NCBI GenBank assembly: GCA_964057225.1
Contig: OZ059896.1
Coordinates: 21,018,001 to 21,082,000, forward strand
Length of the DNA stretch: 64,000 bases
Reading direction: 5' to 3'
From: Auanema rhodensis
Lineage: Eukaryota > Animalia > Nematoda
Both the position numbers and the translations under genes were made by a program. Shown one piece after another: positions 1 through 12,989 of this stretch; position 1 is the stretch's first letter, and every line of letters begins with the position of its first letter. The notes under the pieces were generated by a model. That model ran no database searches and was not told the DNA's origin. It was given only the letters and a program-made list of their open reading frames with translations.

Positions 1-112
1 ATTTCAAAATAATTTAGCAATAAGTAGATGTTTTTAGATTCCTTTTTTTAAGGCAAAGACGATGGACAATGTTATTCAACGAAAAAATTAATTCTTCAGG
101 GTGAAAATCGAG

Positions 113-134
113 GATATAAGTGTGAACTTATATC
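113..134. other. Inverted repeat A of the monomer (9-bp stem, 4-nt loop)
   Basis: GATATAAGT-gtga-ACTTATATC; the arms are exact reverse complements. Confidence 0.95.
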
Positions 135-145
135 AGTTGATATCT

Positions 146-217
146 CGGTGCATTTTTAAGCTAGCGCAAATCTGATAACACAGATCGACGCAGCTTAAAA
201 ATCTGCATCGAATGCAC
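146..217. other. Long imperfect inverted repeat B of the monomer
   Basis: ATTTTTAAGCT (152-162) pairs with AGCTTAAAAAT (192-202). Inner pairs are GCG/CGC and ATCTG/CAGAT around the loop ATAACA. Outer pairing is CGGTGC/GCATCG, or alternatively GTGCATT (148-154)/AATGCAC (211-217). Confidence 0.9.
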
Positions 218-285
218 TATACTACATCAAGAAACGCTTGATACAAAAATTAGTTATGATTGTTTGAAAAATGATGCATTAGTGT

Positions 286-313
286 ATGTTGAGTTTCCAT
301 GTACACTCAACAT
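286..313. other. Inverted repeat C of the monomer (9-bp stem, 10-nt loop)
   Basis: ATGTTGAGT-ttccatgtac-ACTCAACAT. Confidence 0.93.
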
Positions 314-327
314 TGCTTCCAAAAACA

Positions 328-352
328 TTTTGACAAAAATTTTTTCGAAAAA
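328..352. other. Adjacent A/T palindromes
   Basis: TTTTG-A-CAAAA (328-338) and TTTTTCGAAAAA (341-352, 12-bp perfect palindrome). Confidence 0.85.
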
Positions 353-702
353 TTTCAAAATAATTTAGCAAAAAGTAGATGTTTTTAGATTCCATTTTTC
401 AAGGCAAAGACGATAGACAATGTTATTCAACGAAAAAATTAATTCTTCAGGGTGAAAATCGAGGATATAAGTGTGAACTTATATCAGTTGATATCTCGGT
501 GCATTTTTAAGCTAGCGCAAATCTGATAACACAGATCGACGCAGCTTAAAAATCCGCATCGAATGCACTATACTACATTGAGAAACGCTTAATACACAAA
601 TTAGTTATGATCGTTTGAAAAATGATGCATTAGTGTATGTTGAGTTTCCATGTACACTCAACATTGCTTCCAAAAACAGTTTGACAAAAATTTTTTCGAA
701 AA
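352..702 (+). repeat. Representative 351-bp monomer (phase arbitrary)
   Basis: One full period. It is A/T-tract rich, with about 53 C and 57 G per unit by hand count of the consensus. Confidence 0.97.
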
Positions 703-3510
703 ATTTCAAAATAATTTAGCAAAAAGTAGATGTTTTTAGATTTCTTTTTTCAAGGCAAAGACGATGGACAATGTTATTCAACGAAAAAATTAATTCTTCA
801 GGGTGAAAATCGAGGATATAAGTGTGAACTTATATCAGTTGATATCTCGGTGCATTTTTAAGCTAGCGCAAATCTGATAACACAGATCGACGCAGCTTAA
901 AAATCCGCATCGAATGCACTATACTACATCAAGAAACGCTTGATACAAAAATTAGTTATGATCGTTTGAAAAATGATGCATTAGTGTATGTTGAGTTTCC
1001 ATGTTCACTCAACATTGCTTCCAAAAACATTTTGACAAAAATTTTTTCGAAAAATTTCAAAATAATTTAGCAAGAAGTAGATGTTTTTAGATTTCTTTTT
1101 TCAAGGCAAAGACGATGGACAATGTTATTCAACGAAAAAATTAATTCTTCAGGGTGAAAATCGAGGATATAAGTGTGAACTTATATCAGTTGATATCTCG
1201 GTGCATTTCTAAGCTAGCGCAAATCTGATAACACAGATCGACGCAGCTTAAAAATCCGCATCGAATGCACTATACTACATTGAGAAACGCTTGATACAAA
1301 AATTAGTTATGATCGTTTGAAAAATGATGCATTAGTGTATGTTGAGTTTCCATGTACACTCAACATTGCTTCCAAAAACATTTTGACAAAAATTTTTTCG
1401 AAAAATTTCAAAATAATTTAGCAAAAAGTAGATGTTTTTAGATTCCATTTCTCAAGGCAAAGACGATAGACAATGTTATTCAACGAAAAAATTAATTCTT
1501 CAGGGTGAAAATCGAGGATATAAGTGTGAACTTATATCAGTTGATATCTCGGTGCATTTCTAAGCTAGCGCAAATCTGATAACACAGATCGACGCAGCTT
1601 AAAAATCCGCATCGAATGCACTATACTACATTGAGAAACGCTTGATACAAAAATTAGTTATGATCGTTTGAAAAATGATGCATTAGTGTATGTTGAGTTT
1701 CCATGTACACTCAACATTGCTTCCAAAAACATTTTGACAAAAATTTTTTCGAAAAATTTCAAAATAATTTAGCAAAAAGTAGATGTTTTTAGATTCCATT
1801 TTTCAAGGCAAAGACGATAGACAATGTTATTCAACGAAAAAATTAATTCTTCAGGGTGAAAATCGAGGATATAAGTGTGAACTTATATCAGTTGATATCT
1901 CGGTGCATTTCTAAGCTAGCGCAAATCTGATAACACAGATCGACGCAGCTTAAAAATCCGCATCGAATGCACTATACTACATTGAGAAACGCTTGATACA
2001 AAAATTAGTTATGATCGTTTGAAAAATGATGCATTAGTGTATGTTGAGTTTCCATGTACACTCAACATTGCTTCCAAAAACAGTTTGACAAAAATTTTTT
2101 CGAAAAATTTCAAAATAATTTAGCAAAAAGTAGATGTTTTTAGATTTCTTTTTTCAAGGCAAAGACGATGGACAATGTTATTCAACGAAAAAATTAATTC
2201 TTCAGGGTGAAAATCGAGGATATAAGTGTGAACTTATATCAGTTGATATCTCGGTGCATTTTTAAGCTAGCGCAAATCTGATAACACAGATCGACGCAGC
2301 TTAAAAATCCGCATCGAATGCACTATACTACATTGAGAAACGCTTGATACAAAAATTAGTTATGATCGTTTGAAAAATGATGCATTAGTGTATGTTGAGT
2401 TTCCATGTACACTCAACATTGCTTCCAAAAACATTTTGACAAAAATTTTTTCGAAAAATTTCAAAATAATTTAGCAAAAAGTAGATGTTTTTAGATTCCA
2501 TTTCTCAAGGCAAAGACGATAGACAATGTTATTCAACGAAAAAATTAATTCTTCAGGGTGAAAATCGAGGATATAAGTGTGAACTTATATCAGTTGATAT
2601 CTCGGTGCATTTCTAAGCTAGCGCAAATCTGATAACACAGATCGACGCAGCTTAAAAATCCGCATCGAATGCACTATACTACATTGAGAAACGCTTGATA
2701 CAAAAATTAGTTATGATCGTTTGAAAAATGATGCATTAGTGTATGTTGAGTTTCCATGTACACTCAACATTGCTTCCAAAAACATTTTGACAAAAATTTT
2801 TTCGAAAAATTTCAAAATAATTTAGCAAAAAGTAGATGTTTTTAGATTCCATTTTTCAAGGCAAAGACGATAGACAATGTTATTCAACGAAAAAATTAAT
2901 TCTTCAGGGTGAAAATCGAGGATATAAGTGTGAACTTATATCAGTTGATATCTCGGTGCATTTCTAAGCTAGCGCAAATCTGATAACACAGATCGACGCA
3001 GCTTAAAAATCCGCATCGAATGCACTATACTACATTGAGAAACGCTTGATACAAAAATTAGTTATGATCGTTTGAAAAATGATGCATTAGTGTATGTTGA
3101 GTTTCCATGTACACTCAACATTGCTTCCAAAAACAGTTTGACAAAAATTTTTTCGAAAAATTTCAAAATAATTTAGCAAAAAGTAGATGTTTTTAGATTT
3201 CTTTTTTCAAGGCAAAGACGATGGACAATGTTATTCAACGAAAAAATTAATTCTTCAGGGTGAAAATCGAGGATATAAGTGTGAACTTATATCAGTTGAT
3301 ATCTCGGTGCATTTTTAAGCTAGCGCAAATCTGATAACACAGATCGACGCAGCTTAAAAATCCGCATCGAATGCACTATACTACATTGAGAAACGCTTGA
3401 TACAAAAATTAGTTATGATCGTTTGAAAAATGATGCATTAGTGTATGTTGAGTTTCCATGTACACTCAACATTGCTTCCAAAAACAGTTTGACAAAAATT
3501 TTTTCGAAAA

Positions 3511-3862
3511 ATTTCAAAATAATTTAGCAAAAAAAAAGATATTTTTAGATTTCTTTTTTCAAGGCAAAGACGATGGACAATGTTATTCAACGAAAAAATT
3601 AATTCTTCAGGGTGAAAATCGAGGATATAAGTGTGAACTTATATCAGTTGATATCTCGGTGCATTTTTAAGCTAGCGCAAATCTGATAACACAGATCGAC
3701 GCAGCTTAAAAATCCGCATCGAATGCACTATACTACATCAAGAAACGCTTGATACAAAAATTAGTTATGATCGTTTGAAAAATGATGCATTAGTGTATGT
3801 TGAGTTTCCATGTACACTCAACATTGCTTCCAAAAACATTTTGACAAAAATTTTTTCGAAAA
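3511..3862 (+). repeat. Variant monomer 11, 352 bp, with an A-run expansion
   Basis: GCAAAAAAAAAGATATTTTT replaces GCAAAAAGTAGATGTTTTT; the downstream register shifts by +1. Confidence 0.93.
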
Positions 3863-6800
3863 ATTTCAAAATAATTTAGCAAGAAGTAGATGTTTTTAGA
3901 TTTCTTTTTTCAAGGCAAAGACGATGGACAATGTTATTCAACGAAAAAATTAATTCTTCAGGGTGAAAATCGAGGATATAAGTGTGAACTTATATCAGTT
4001 GATATCTCGGTGCATTTCTAAGCTAGCGCAAATCTGATAACACAGATCGACGCAGCTTAAAAATCCGCATCGAATGCACTATACTACATTGAGAAACGCT
4101 TGATACAAAAATTAGTTATGATCGTTTGAAAAATGATGCATTAGTGTATGTTGAGTTTCCATGTACACTCAACATTGCTTCCAAAAACATTTTGACAAAA
4201 ATTTTTTCGAAAAATTTCAAAATAATTTAGCAAAAAGTAGATGTTTTTAGATTCCTTTTTTTAAGGCAAAGACGATGGACAATGTTATTCAACGAAAAAA
4301 TTAATTCTTCAGGGTGAAAATCGAGGATATAAGTGTGAACTTATATCAGTTGATATCTCGGTGCATTTTTAAGCTAGCGCAAATCTGATAACACAGATCG
4401 ACGCAGCTTAAAAATCTGCATCGAATGCACTATACTACATCAAGAAACGCTTGATACAAAAATTAGTTATGATCGTTTGAAAAATGATGCATTAGTGTAT
4501 GTTGAGTTTCCATGTACACTCAACATTGCTTCCAAAAACATTTTGACAAAAATTTTTTCGAAAAATTTCAAAATAATTTAGCAAAAAGTAGATGTTTTTA
4601 GATTCCATTTTTCAAGGCAAAGACGATAGACAATGTTATTCAACGAAAAAATTAATTCTTCAGGGTGAAAATCGAGGATATAAGTGTGAACTTATATCAG
4701 TTGATATCTCGGTGCATTTTTAAGCTAGCGCAAATCTGATAACACAGATCGACGCAGCTTAAAAATCCGCATCGAATGCACTATACTACATTGAGAAACG
4801 CTTAATACACAAATTAGTTATGATCGTTTGAAAAATGATGCATTAGTGTATGTTGAGTTTCCATGTACACTCAACATTGCTTCCAAAAACAGTTTGACAA
4901 AAATTTTTTCGAAAAATTTCAAAATAATTTAGCAAAAAGTAGATGTTTTTAGATTTCTTTTTTCAAGGCAAAGACGATGGACAATGTTATTCAACGAAAA
5001 AATTAATTCTTCAGGGTGAAAATCAAGGATATAAGTGTGAACTTATATCAGTTGATATCTCGGTGCATTTTCAAGCTAGCGCAAATCTGATAACACAGAT
5101 CGACGCAGCTTAAAAATCCGCATCGAATGCACTATACTACATTGAGAAACGCTTGATACAAAAATTAGTTATGATCGTTTGAAAAATGATGCATTAGTGT
5201 ATGTTGAGTTTCCATGTACACTCAACATTGCTTCCAAAAACATTTTGACAAAAATTTTTTCGAAAAATTTCAAAATAATTTAGCAAAAAGTAGATGTTTT
5301 TAGATTCCTTTTTTTAAGGCAAAGACGATGGACAATGTTATTCAACGAAAAAATTAATTCTTCAGGGTGAAAATCGAGGATATAAGTGTGAACTTATATC
5401 AGTTGATATCTCGGTGCATTTTTAAGCTAGCGCAAATCTGATAACACAGATCGACGCAGCTTAAAAATCTGCATCGAATGCACTATACTACATCAAGAAA
5501 CGCTTGATACAAAAATTAGTTATGATCGTTTGAAAAATGATGCATTAGTGTATGTTGAGTTTCCATGTACACTCAACATTGCTTCCAAAAACATTTTGAC
5601 AAAAATTTTTTCGAAAAATTTCAAAATAATTTAGCAAAAAGTAGATGTTTTTAGATTTCTTTTTTCAAGGCAAAGACGATGGACAATGTTATTCAACGAA
5701 AAAATTAATTCTTCAGGGTGAAAATCAAGGATATAAGTGTGAACTTATATCAGTTGATATCTCGGTGCATTTTCAAGCTAGCGCAAATCTGATAACACAG
5801 ATCGACGCAGCTTAAAAATCCGCATCGAATGCACTATACTACATTGAGAAACGCTTGATACAAAAATTAGTTATGATCGTTTGAAAAATGATGCATTAGT
5901 GTATGTTGAGTTTCCATGTACACTCAACATTGCTTCCAAAAACATTTTGACAAAAATTTTTTCGAAAAATTTCAAAATAATTTAGCAAAAAGTAGATGTT
6001 TTTAGATTCCTTTTTTTAAGGCAAAGACGATGGACAATGTTATTCAACGAAAAAATTAATTCTTCAGGGTGAAAATCGAGGATATAAGTGTGAACTTATA
6101 TCAGTTGATATCTCGGTGCATTTTTAAGCTAGCGCAAATCTGATAACACAGATCGACGCAGCTTAAAAATCTGCATCGAATGCACTATACTACATCAAGA
6201 AACGCTTGATACAAAAATTAGTTATGATCGTTTGAAAAATGATGCATTAGTGTATGTTGAGTTTCCATGTACACTCAACATTGCTTCCAAAAACATTTTG
6301 ACAAAAATTTTTTCGAAAAATTTCAAAATAATTTAGCAAAAAGTAGATGTTTTTAGATTCCATTTTTCAAGGCAAAGACGATAGACAATGTTATTCAACG
6401 AAAAAATTAATTCTTCAGGGTGAAAATCGAGGATATAAGTGTGAACTTATATCAGTTGATATCTCGGTGCATTTTTAAGCTAGCGCAAATCTGATAACAC
6501 AGATCGACGCAGCTTAAAAATCCGCATCGAATGCACTATACTACATTGAGAAACGCTTAATACACAAATTAGTTATGATCGTTTGAAAAATGATGCATTA
6601 GTGTATGTTGAGTTTCCATGTACACTCAACATTGCTTCCAAAAACATTTTGACAAAAATTTTTTCGAAAAATTTCAAAATAATTTAGCAAGAAGTAGATG
6701 TTTTTAGATTTCTTTTTTCAAGGCAAAGACGATGGACAATGTTATTCAACGAAAAAATTAATTCTTCAGGGTGAAAATCGAGGATATAAGTGTGAACTTA

Positions 6801-8074
6801 TATCAGTTGATATCTCGGTGCATTTCTAAGCTAGCGCAAATCTGATAACACAGATCGACGCAGCTTAAAAATCCGCATCGAATGCACTATACTACATTGA
6901 GAAACGCTTGATACAAAAATTAGTTATGATCGTTTGAAAAATGATGCATTAGTGTATGTTGAGTTTCCATGTACACTCAACATTGCTTCCAAAAACATTT
7001 TGACAAAAATTTTTTCGAAAAATTTCAAAATAATTTAGCAAAAAGTAGATGTTTTTAGATTCCATTTTTCAAGGCAAAGACGATAAACAATGTTATTCAA
7101 CGAAAAAATTAATTCTTCAGGGTGAAAATCGAGGATATAAGTGTGAACTTATATCAGTTGATATCTCGGTGCATTTTTAAGCTAGCGCAAATCTCATAAC
7201 ACAGATCGACGCAGCTTAAAAATCGGCATCGAATGCACTATACTACATTGAGAAACGCTTGATACAAAAATTAGTTATGATCGTTTGAAAAATGATGCAT
7301 TAGTGTATGTTGAGTTTCCATGTACACTCAACATTGCTTCCAAAAACATTTTGACAAAAATTTTTTCGAAAAATTTCAAAATAATTTAGCAAAAAGTAGA
7401 TGTTTTTAGATTCCATTTCTCAAGGCAAAGACGATAGACAATGTTATTCAACGAAAAAATTAATTCTTCAGGGTGAAAATCGAGGATATAAGTGTGAACT
7501 TATATCAGTTGATATCTCGGTGCATTTCTAAGCTAGCGCAAATCTGATAACACAGATCGACGCAGCTTAAAAATCCGCATCGAATGCACTATACTACATT
7601 GAGAAACGCTTGATAAAAAAATTAGTTATGATCGTTTGAAAAATGATGCATTAGTGTATGTTGAGTTTCCATGTACACTCAACATTGCTTCCAAAAACAT
7701 TTTGACAAAAATTTTTTCGAAAAATTTCAAAATAATTTAGCAAAAAGTAGATGTTTTTAGATTCCTTTTTTTAAGGCAAAGACGATGGACAATGTTATTC
7801 AACGAAAAAATTAATTCTTCAGGGTGAAAATCGAGGATATAAGTGTGAACTTATATCAGTTGATATCTCGGTGCATTTTTAAGCTAGCGCAAATCTGATA
7901 ACACAGATCGACGCAGCTTAAAAATCTGCATCGAATGCACTATACTACATCAAGAAACGCTTGATACAAAAATTAGTTATGATCGTTTGAAAAATGATGC
8001 ATTAGTGTATGTTGAGTTTCCATGTACACTCAACATTGCTTCCAAAAACATTTTGACAAAAATTTTTTCGAAAA

Positions 8075-8426
8075 ATTTCAAAATAATTTAGCAAAAAGTA
8101 GATGTTTTTAGATTCCATTTTTCAAGGCAAAGACGATAGACAATGTTATTCAACGAAAAAATTAATTCTTCAGGGTGAAAATCGAGGATATAAGTGTGAA
8201 CTTATATCAGTTGATATCTCGGTGCATTTTTAAGCTAGCGCAAATCTGATAACACAGATCGACGCAGCTTAAAAATCCGCAATCGAATGCACTATACTAC
8301 ATTGAGAAACGCTTAATACACAAATTAGTTATGATCGTTTGAAAAATGATGCATTAGTGTATGTTGAGTTTCCATGTACACTCAACATTGCTTCCAAAAA
8401 CAGTTTGACAAAAATTTTTTCGAAAA
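8075..8426 (+). repeat. Variant monomer 24, 352 bp, with a single A insertion
   Basis: CCGCAATCG at about 8281 replaces CCGCATCG; the register shifts by +1. Confidence 0.92.
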
Positions 8427-11400
8427 ATTTCAAAATAATTTAGCAAAAAGTAGATGTTTTTAGATTTCTTTTTTCAAGGCAAAGACGATGGACAATGTTA
8501 TTCAACGAAAAAATTAATTCTTCAGGGTGAAAATCAAGGATATAAGTGTGAACTTATATCAGTTGATATCTCGGTGCATTTTTAAGCTAGCGCAAATCTG
8601 ATAACACAGATCGACGCAGCTTAAAAATCCGCATCGAATGCACTATACTACATCAAGAAACGCTTGATACAAAAATTAGTTATGATCGTTTGAAAAATGA
8701 TGCATTAGTGTATGTTGAGTTTCCATGTACACTCAACATTGCTTCCAAAAACATTTTGACAAAAATTTTTTCGAAAAATTTCAAAATAATTTAGCAAGAA
8801 GTAGATGTTTTTAGATTTCTTTTTTCAAGGCAAAGACGATGGACAATGTTATTCAACGAAAAAATTAATTCTTCAGGGTGAAAATCGAGGATATAAGTGT
8901 GAACTTATATCAGTTGATATCTCGGTGCATTTCTAAGCTAGCGCAAATCTGATAACACAGATCGACGCAGCTTAAAAATCGGCATCGAATGCACTATACT
9001 ACATTGAGAAACGCTTGATACAAAAATTAGTTATGATCGTTTGAAAAATGATGCATTAGTGTATGTTGAGTTTCCATGTACACTCAACATTGCTTCCAAA
9101 AACATTTTGACAAAAATTTTTTCGAAAAATTTCAAAATAATTTAGCAAAAAGTAGATGTTTTTAGATTCCATTTTTCAAGGCAAAGACGATAAACAATGT
9201 TATTCAACGAAAAAATTAATTCTTCAGGGTGAAAATCGAGGATATAAGTGTGAACTTATATCAGTTGATATCTCGGTGCATTTTTAAGCTAGCGCAAATC
9301 TGATAACACAGATCGACGCAGCTTAAAAATCGGCATCGAATGCACTATACTACATTGAGAAACGCTTGATACAAAAATTAGTTATGATCGTTTGAAAAAT
9401 GATGCATTAGTGTATGTTGAGTTTCCATGTACACTCAACATTGCTTCCAAAAACATTTTGACAAAAATTTTTTCGAAAAATTTCAAAATAATTTAGCAAG
9501 AAGTAGATGTTTTTAGATTTCTTTTTTCAAGGCAAAGACGATGGACAATGTTATTCAACGAAAAAATTAATTCTTCAGGGTGAAAATCGAGGATATAAGT
9601 GTGAACTTATATCAGTTGATATCTCGGTGCATTTTTAAGCTAGCGCAAATCTGATAACACAGATCGACGCAGCTTAAAAATCTGCATCGAATGCACTATA
9701 CTACATCAAGAAACGCTTGATACAAAAATTAGTTATGATCGTTTGAAAAATGATGCATTAGTGTATGTTGAGTTTCCATGTACACTCAACATTGCTTCCA
9801 AAAACATTTTGACAAAAATTTTTTCGAAAAATTTCAAAATAATTTAGCAAAAAGTAGATGTTTTTAGATTCCATTTTTCAAGGCAAAGACGATAGACAAT
9901 GTTATTCAACGAAAAAATTAATTCTTCAGGGTGAAAATCGAGGATATAAGTGTGAACTTATATCAGTTGATATCTCGGTGCATTTTTAAGCTAGCGCAAA
10001 TCTGATAACACAGATCGACGCAGCTTAAAAATCCGCATCGAATGCACTATACTACATTGAGAAACGCTTAATACACAAATTAGTTATGATCGTTTGAAAA
10101 ATGATGCATTAGTGTATGTTGAGTTTCCATGTACACTCAACATTGCTTCCAAAAACAGTTTGACAAAAATTTTTTCGAAAAATTTCAAAATAATTTAGCA
10201 AAAAGTAGATGTTTTTAGATTTCTTTTTTCAAGGCAAAGACGATGGACAATGTTATTCAACGAAAAAATTAATTCTTCAGGGTGAAAATCAAGGATATAA
10301 GTGTGAACTTATATCAGTTGATATCTCGGTGCATTTTTAAGCTAGCGCAAATCTGATAACACAGATCGACGCAGCTTAAAAATCCGCATCGAATGCACTA
10401 TACTACATCAAGAAACGCTTGATACAAAAATTAGTTATGATCGTTTGAAAAATGATGCATTAGTGTATGTTGAGTTTCCATGTACACTCAACATTGCTTC
10501 CAAAAACATTTTGACAAAAATTTTTTCGAAAAATTTCAAAATAATTTAGCAAGAAGTAGATGTTTGTAGATTTCTTTTTTCAAAGCAAAGACGATGGACA
10601 ATGTTATTCAACGAAAAAATTAATTCTTCAGGGTGAAAATCGAGGATATAAGTGTGAACTTATATCAGTTGATATCTCGGTGCATTTCTAAGCTAGCGCA
10701 AATCTGATAACACAGATCGACGCAGCTTAAAAATCGGCATCGAATGCACTATACTACATTGAGAAACGCTTGATACAAAAATTAGTTATGATCGTTTGAA
10801 AAATGATGCATTAGTGTATGTTGAGTTTCCATGTACACTCAACATTGCTTCCAAAAACATTTTGACAAAAATTTTTTCGAAAAATTTCAAAATAATTTAG
10901 CAAAAAGTAGATGTTTTTAGATTCCATTTTTCAAGGCAAAGACGATAAACAATGTTATTCAACGAAAAAATTAATTCTTCAGGGTGAAAATCGAGGATAT
11001 AAGTGTGAACTTATATCAGTTGATATCTCGGTGCATTTTTAAGCTAGCGCAAATCTGATAACACAGATCGACGCAGCTTAAAAATCGGCATCGAATGCAC
11101 TATACTACATTGAGAAACGCTTGATACAAAAATTAGTTATGATCGTTTGAAAAATGATGCATTAGTGTATGTTGAGTTTCCATGTACACTCAACATTGCT
11201 TCCAAAAACATTTTGACAAAAATTTTTTCGAAAAATTTCAAAATAATTTAGCAAGAAGTAGATGTTTTTAGATTTCTTTTTTCAAGGCAAAGACGATGGA
11301 CAATGTTATTCAACGAAAAAATTAATTCTTCAGGGTGAAAATCGAGGATATAAGTGTGAACTTATATCAGTTGATATCTCGGTGCATTTCTAAGCTAGCG

Positions 11401-12989
11401 CAAATCTGATAACACAGATCGACGCAGCTTAAAAATCCGCATCGAATGCACTATACTACATTGAGAAACGCTTGATACAAAAATTAGTTATGATCGTTTG
11501 AAAAATGATGCATTAGTGTATGTTGAGTTTCCATGTACACTCAACATTGCTTCCAAAAACATTTTGACAAAAATTTTTTCGAAAAATTTCAAAATAATTT
11601 AGCAAAAAGTAGATGTTTTTAGATTCCATTTCTCAAGGCAAAGACGATAGACAATGTTATTCAACGAAAAAATTAATTCTTCAGGGTGAAAATCGAGGAT
11701 ATAAGTGTGAACTTATATCAGTTGATATCTCGGTGCATTTCTAAGCTAGCGCAAATCTGATAACACAGATCGACGCAGCTTAAAAATCCGCATCGAATGC
11801 ACTATACTACATTGAGAAACGCTTGATACAAAAATTAGTTATGATCGTTTGAAAAATGATGCATTAGTGTATGTTGAGTTTCCATGTACACTCAACATTG
11901 CTTCCAAAAACATTTTGACAAAAATTTTTTCGAAAAATTTCAAAATAATTTAGCAAAAAGTAGATGTTTTTAGATTCCATTTTTTAAGGCAAAGACGATA
12001 GACAATGTTATTCAACGAAAAAATTAATTCTTCAGGGTGAAAATCGAGGATATAAGTGTGAACTTATATCAGTTGATATCTCGGTGCATTTTCAAGCTAG
12101 CGCAAATCTGATAACACAGATCGACGCAGCTTAAAAATCCGCATCGAATGCACTATACTACATTGAGAAACGCTTGATACAAAAATTAGTTATGATCGTT
12201 TGAAAAATGATGCATTAGTGTATGTTGAGTTTCCATGTACACTCAACATTGCTTCCAAAAACATTTTGACAAAAATTTTTTCGAAAAATTTCAAAATAAT
12301 TTAGCAAAAAGTAGATGTTTTTAGATTCCATTTTTCAAGGCAAAGACGATAGACAATGTTATTCAACGAAAAAATTAATTCTTCAGGGTGAAAATCGAGG
12401 ATATAAGTGTGAACTTATATCAGTTGATATCTCGGTGCATTTTTAAGCTAGCGCAAATCTGATAACACAGATCGACGCAGCTTAAAAATCCGCATCGAAT
12501 GCACTATACTACATTGAGAAACGCTTAATACACAAATTAGTTATGATCGTTTGAAAAATGATGCATTAGTGTATGTTGAGTTTCCATGTACACTCAACAT
12601 TGCTTCCAAAAACAGTTTGACAAAAATTTTTTCGAAAAATTTCAAAATAATTTAGCAAAAAGTAGATGTTTTTAGATTTCTTTTTTCAAGGCAAAGACGA
12701 TGGACAATGTTATTCAACGAAAAAATTAATTCTTCAGGGTGAAAATCGAGGATATAAGTGTGAACTTATATCAGTTGATATCTCGGTGCATTTTTAAGCT
12801 AGCGCAAATCTGATAACACAGATCGACGCAGCTTAAAAATCGGCATCGAATGCACTATACTACATTGAGAAACGCTTGATACAAAAATTAGTTATGATCG
12901 TTTGAAAAATGATGCATTAGTGTATGTTGAGTTTCCATGTACACTCAACATTGCTTCCAAAAACATTTTGACAAAAATTTTTTCGAAAA

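Noticed and set aside
68-84. CENP-B box-like motif (TTTCGTTGAA on the minus strand)
   Set aside because: Only the TTCG half matches; the essential CGGG is absent.
60-240. Satellite-encoded hammerhead ribozyme (CTGAAGA on the minus strand at 93-99; CTGATAA at 172-178 and GAAAC at 231-235 on the plus strand)
   Set aside because: I could not build the core. The minus strand lacks GAAA after a stem II, and the plus strand lacks the conserved G of CUGANGA and a properly paired NUH site. An Infernal/Rfam scan would be decisive.
1-351. Dimer of a ~175-bp subunit, or identity with a named satellite, tRNA or 5S unit
   Set aside because: The two halves show no visible similarity, I see no cloverleaf or Pol III boxes, and I do not recognise the sequence as a known family.
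3458-3670. 70-aa ORF
   Set aside because: It is open only because the variant in monomer 11 removes a stop codon. The translation is low-complexity and shows no recognisable domain.
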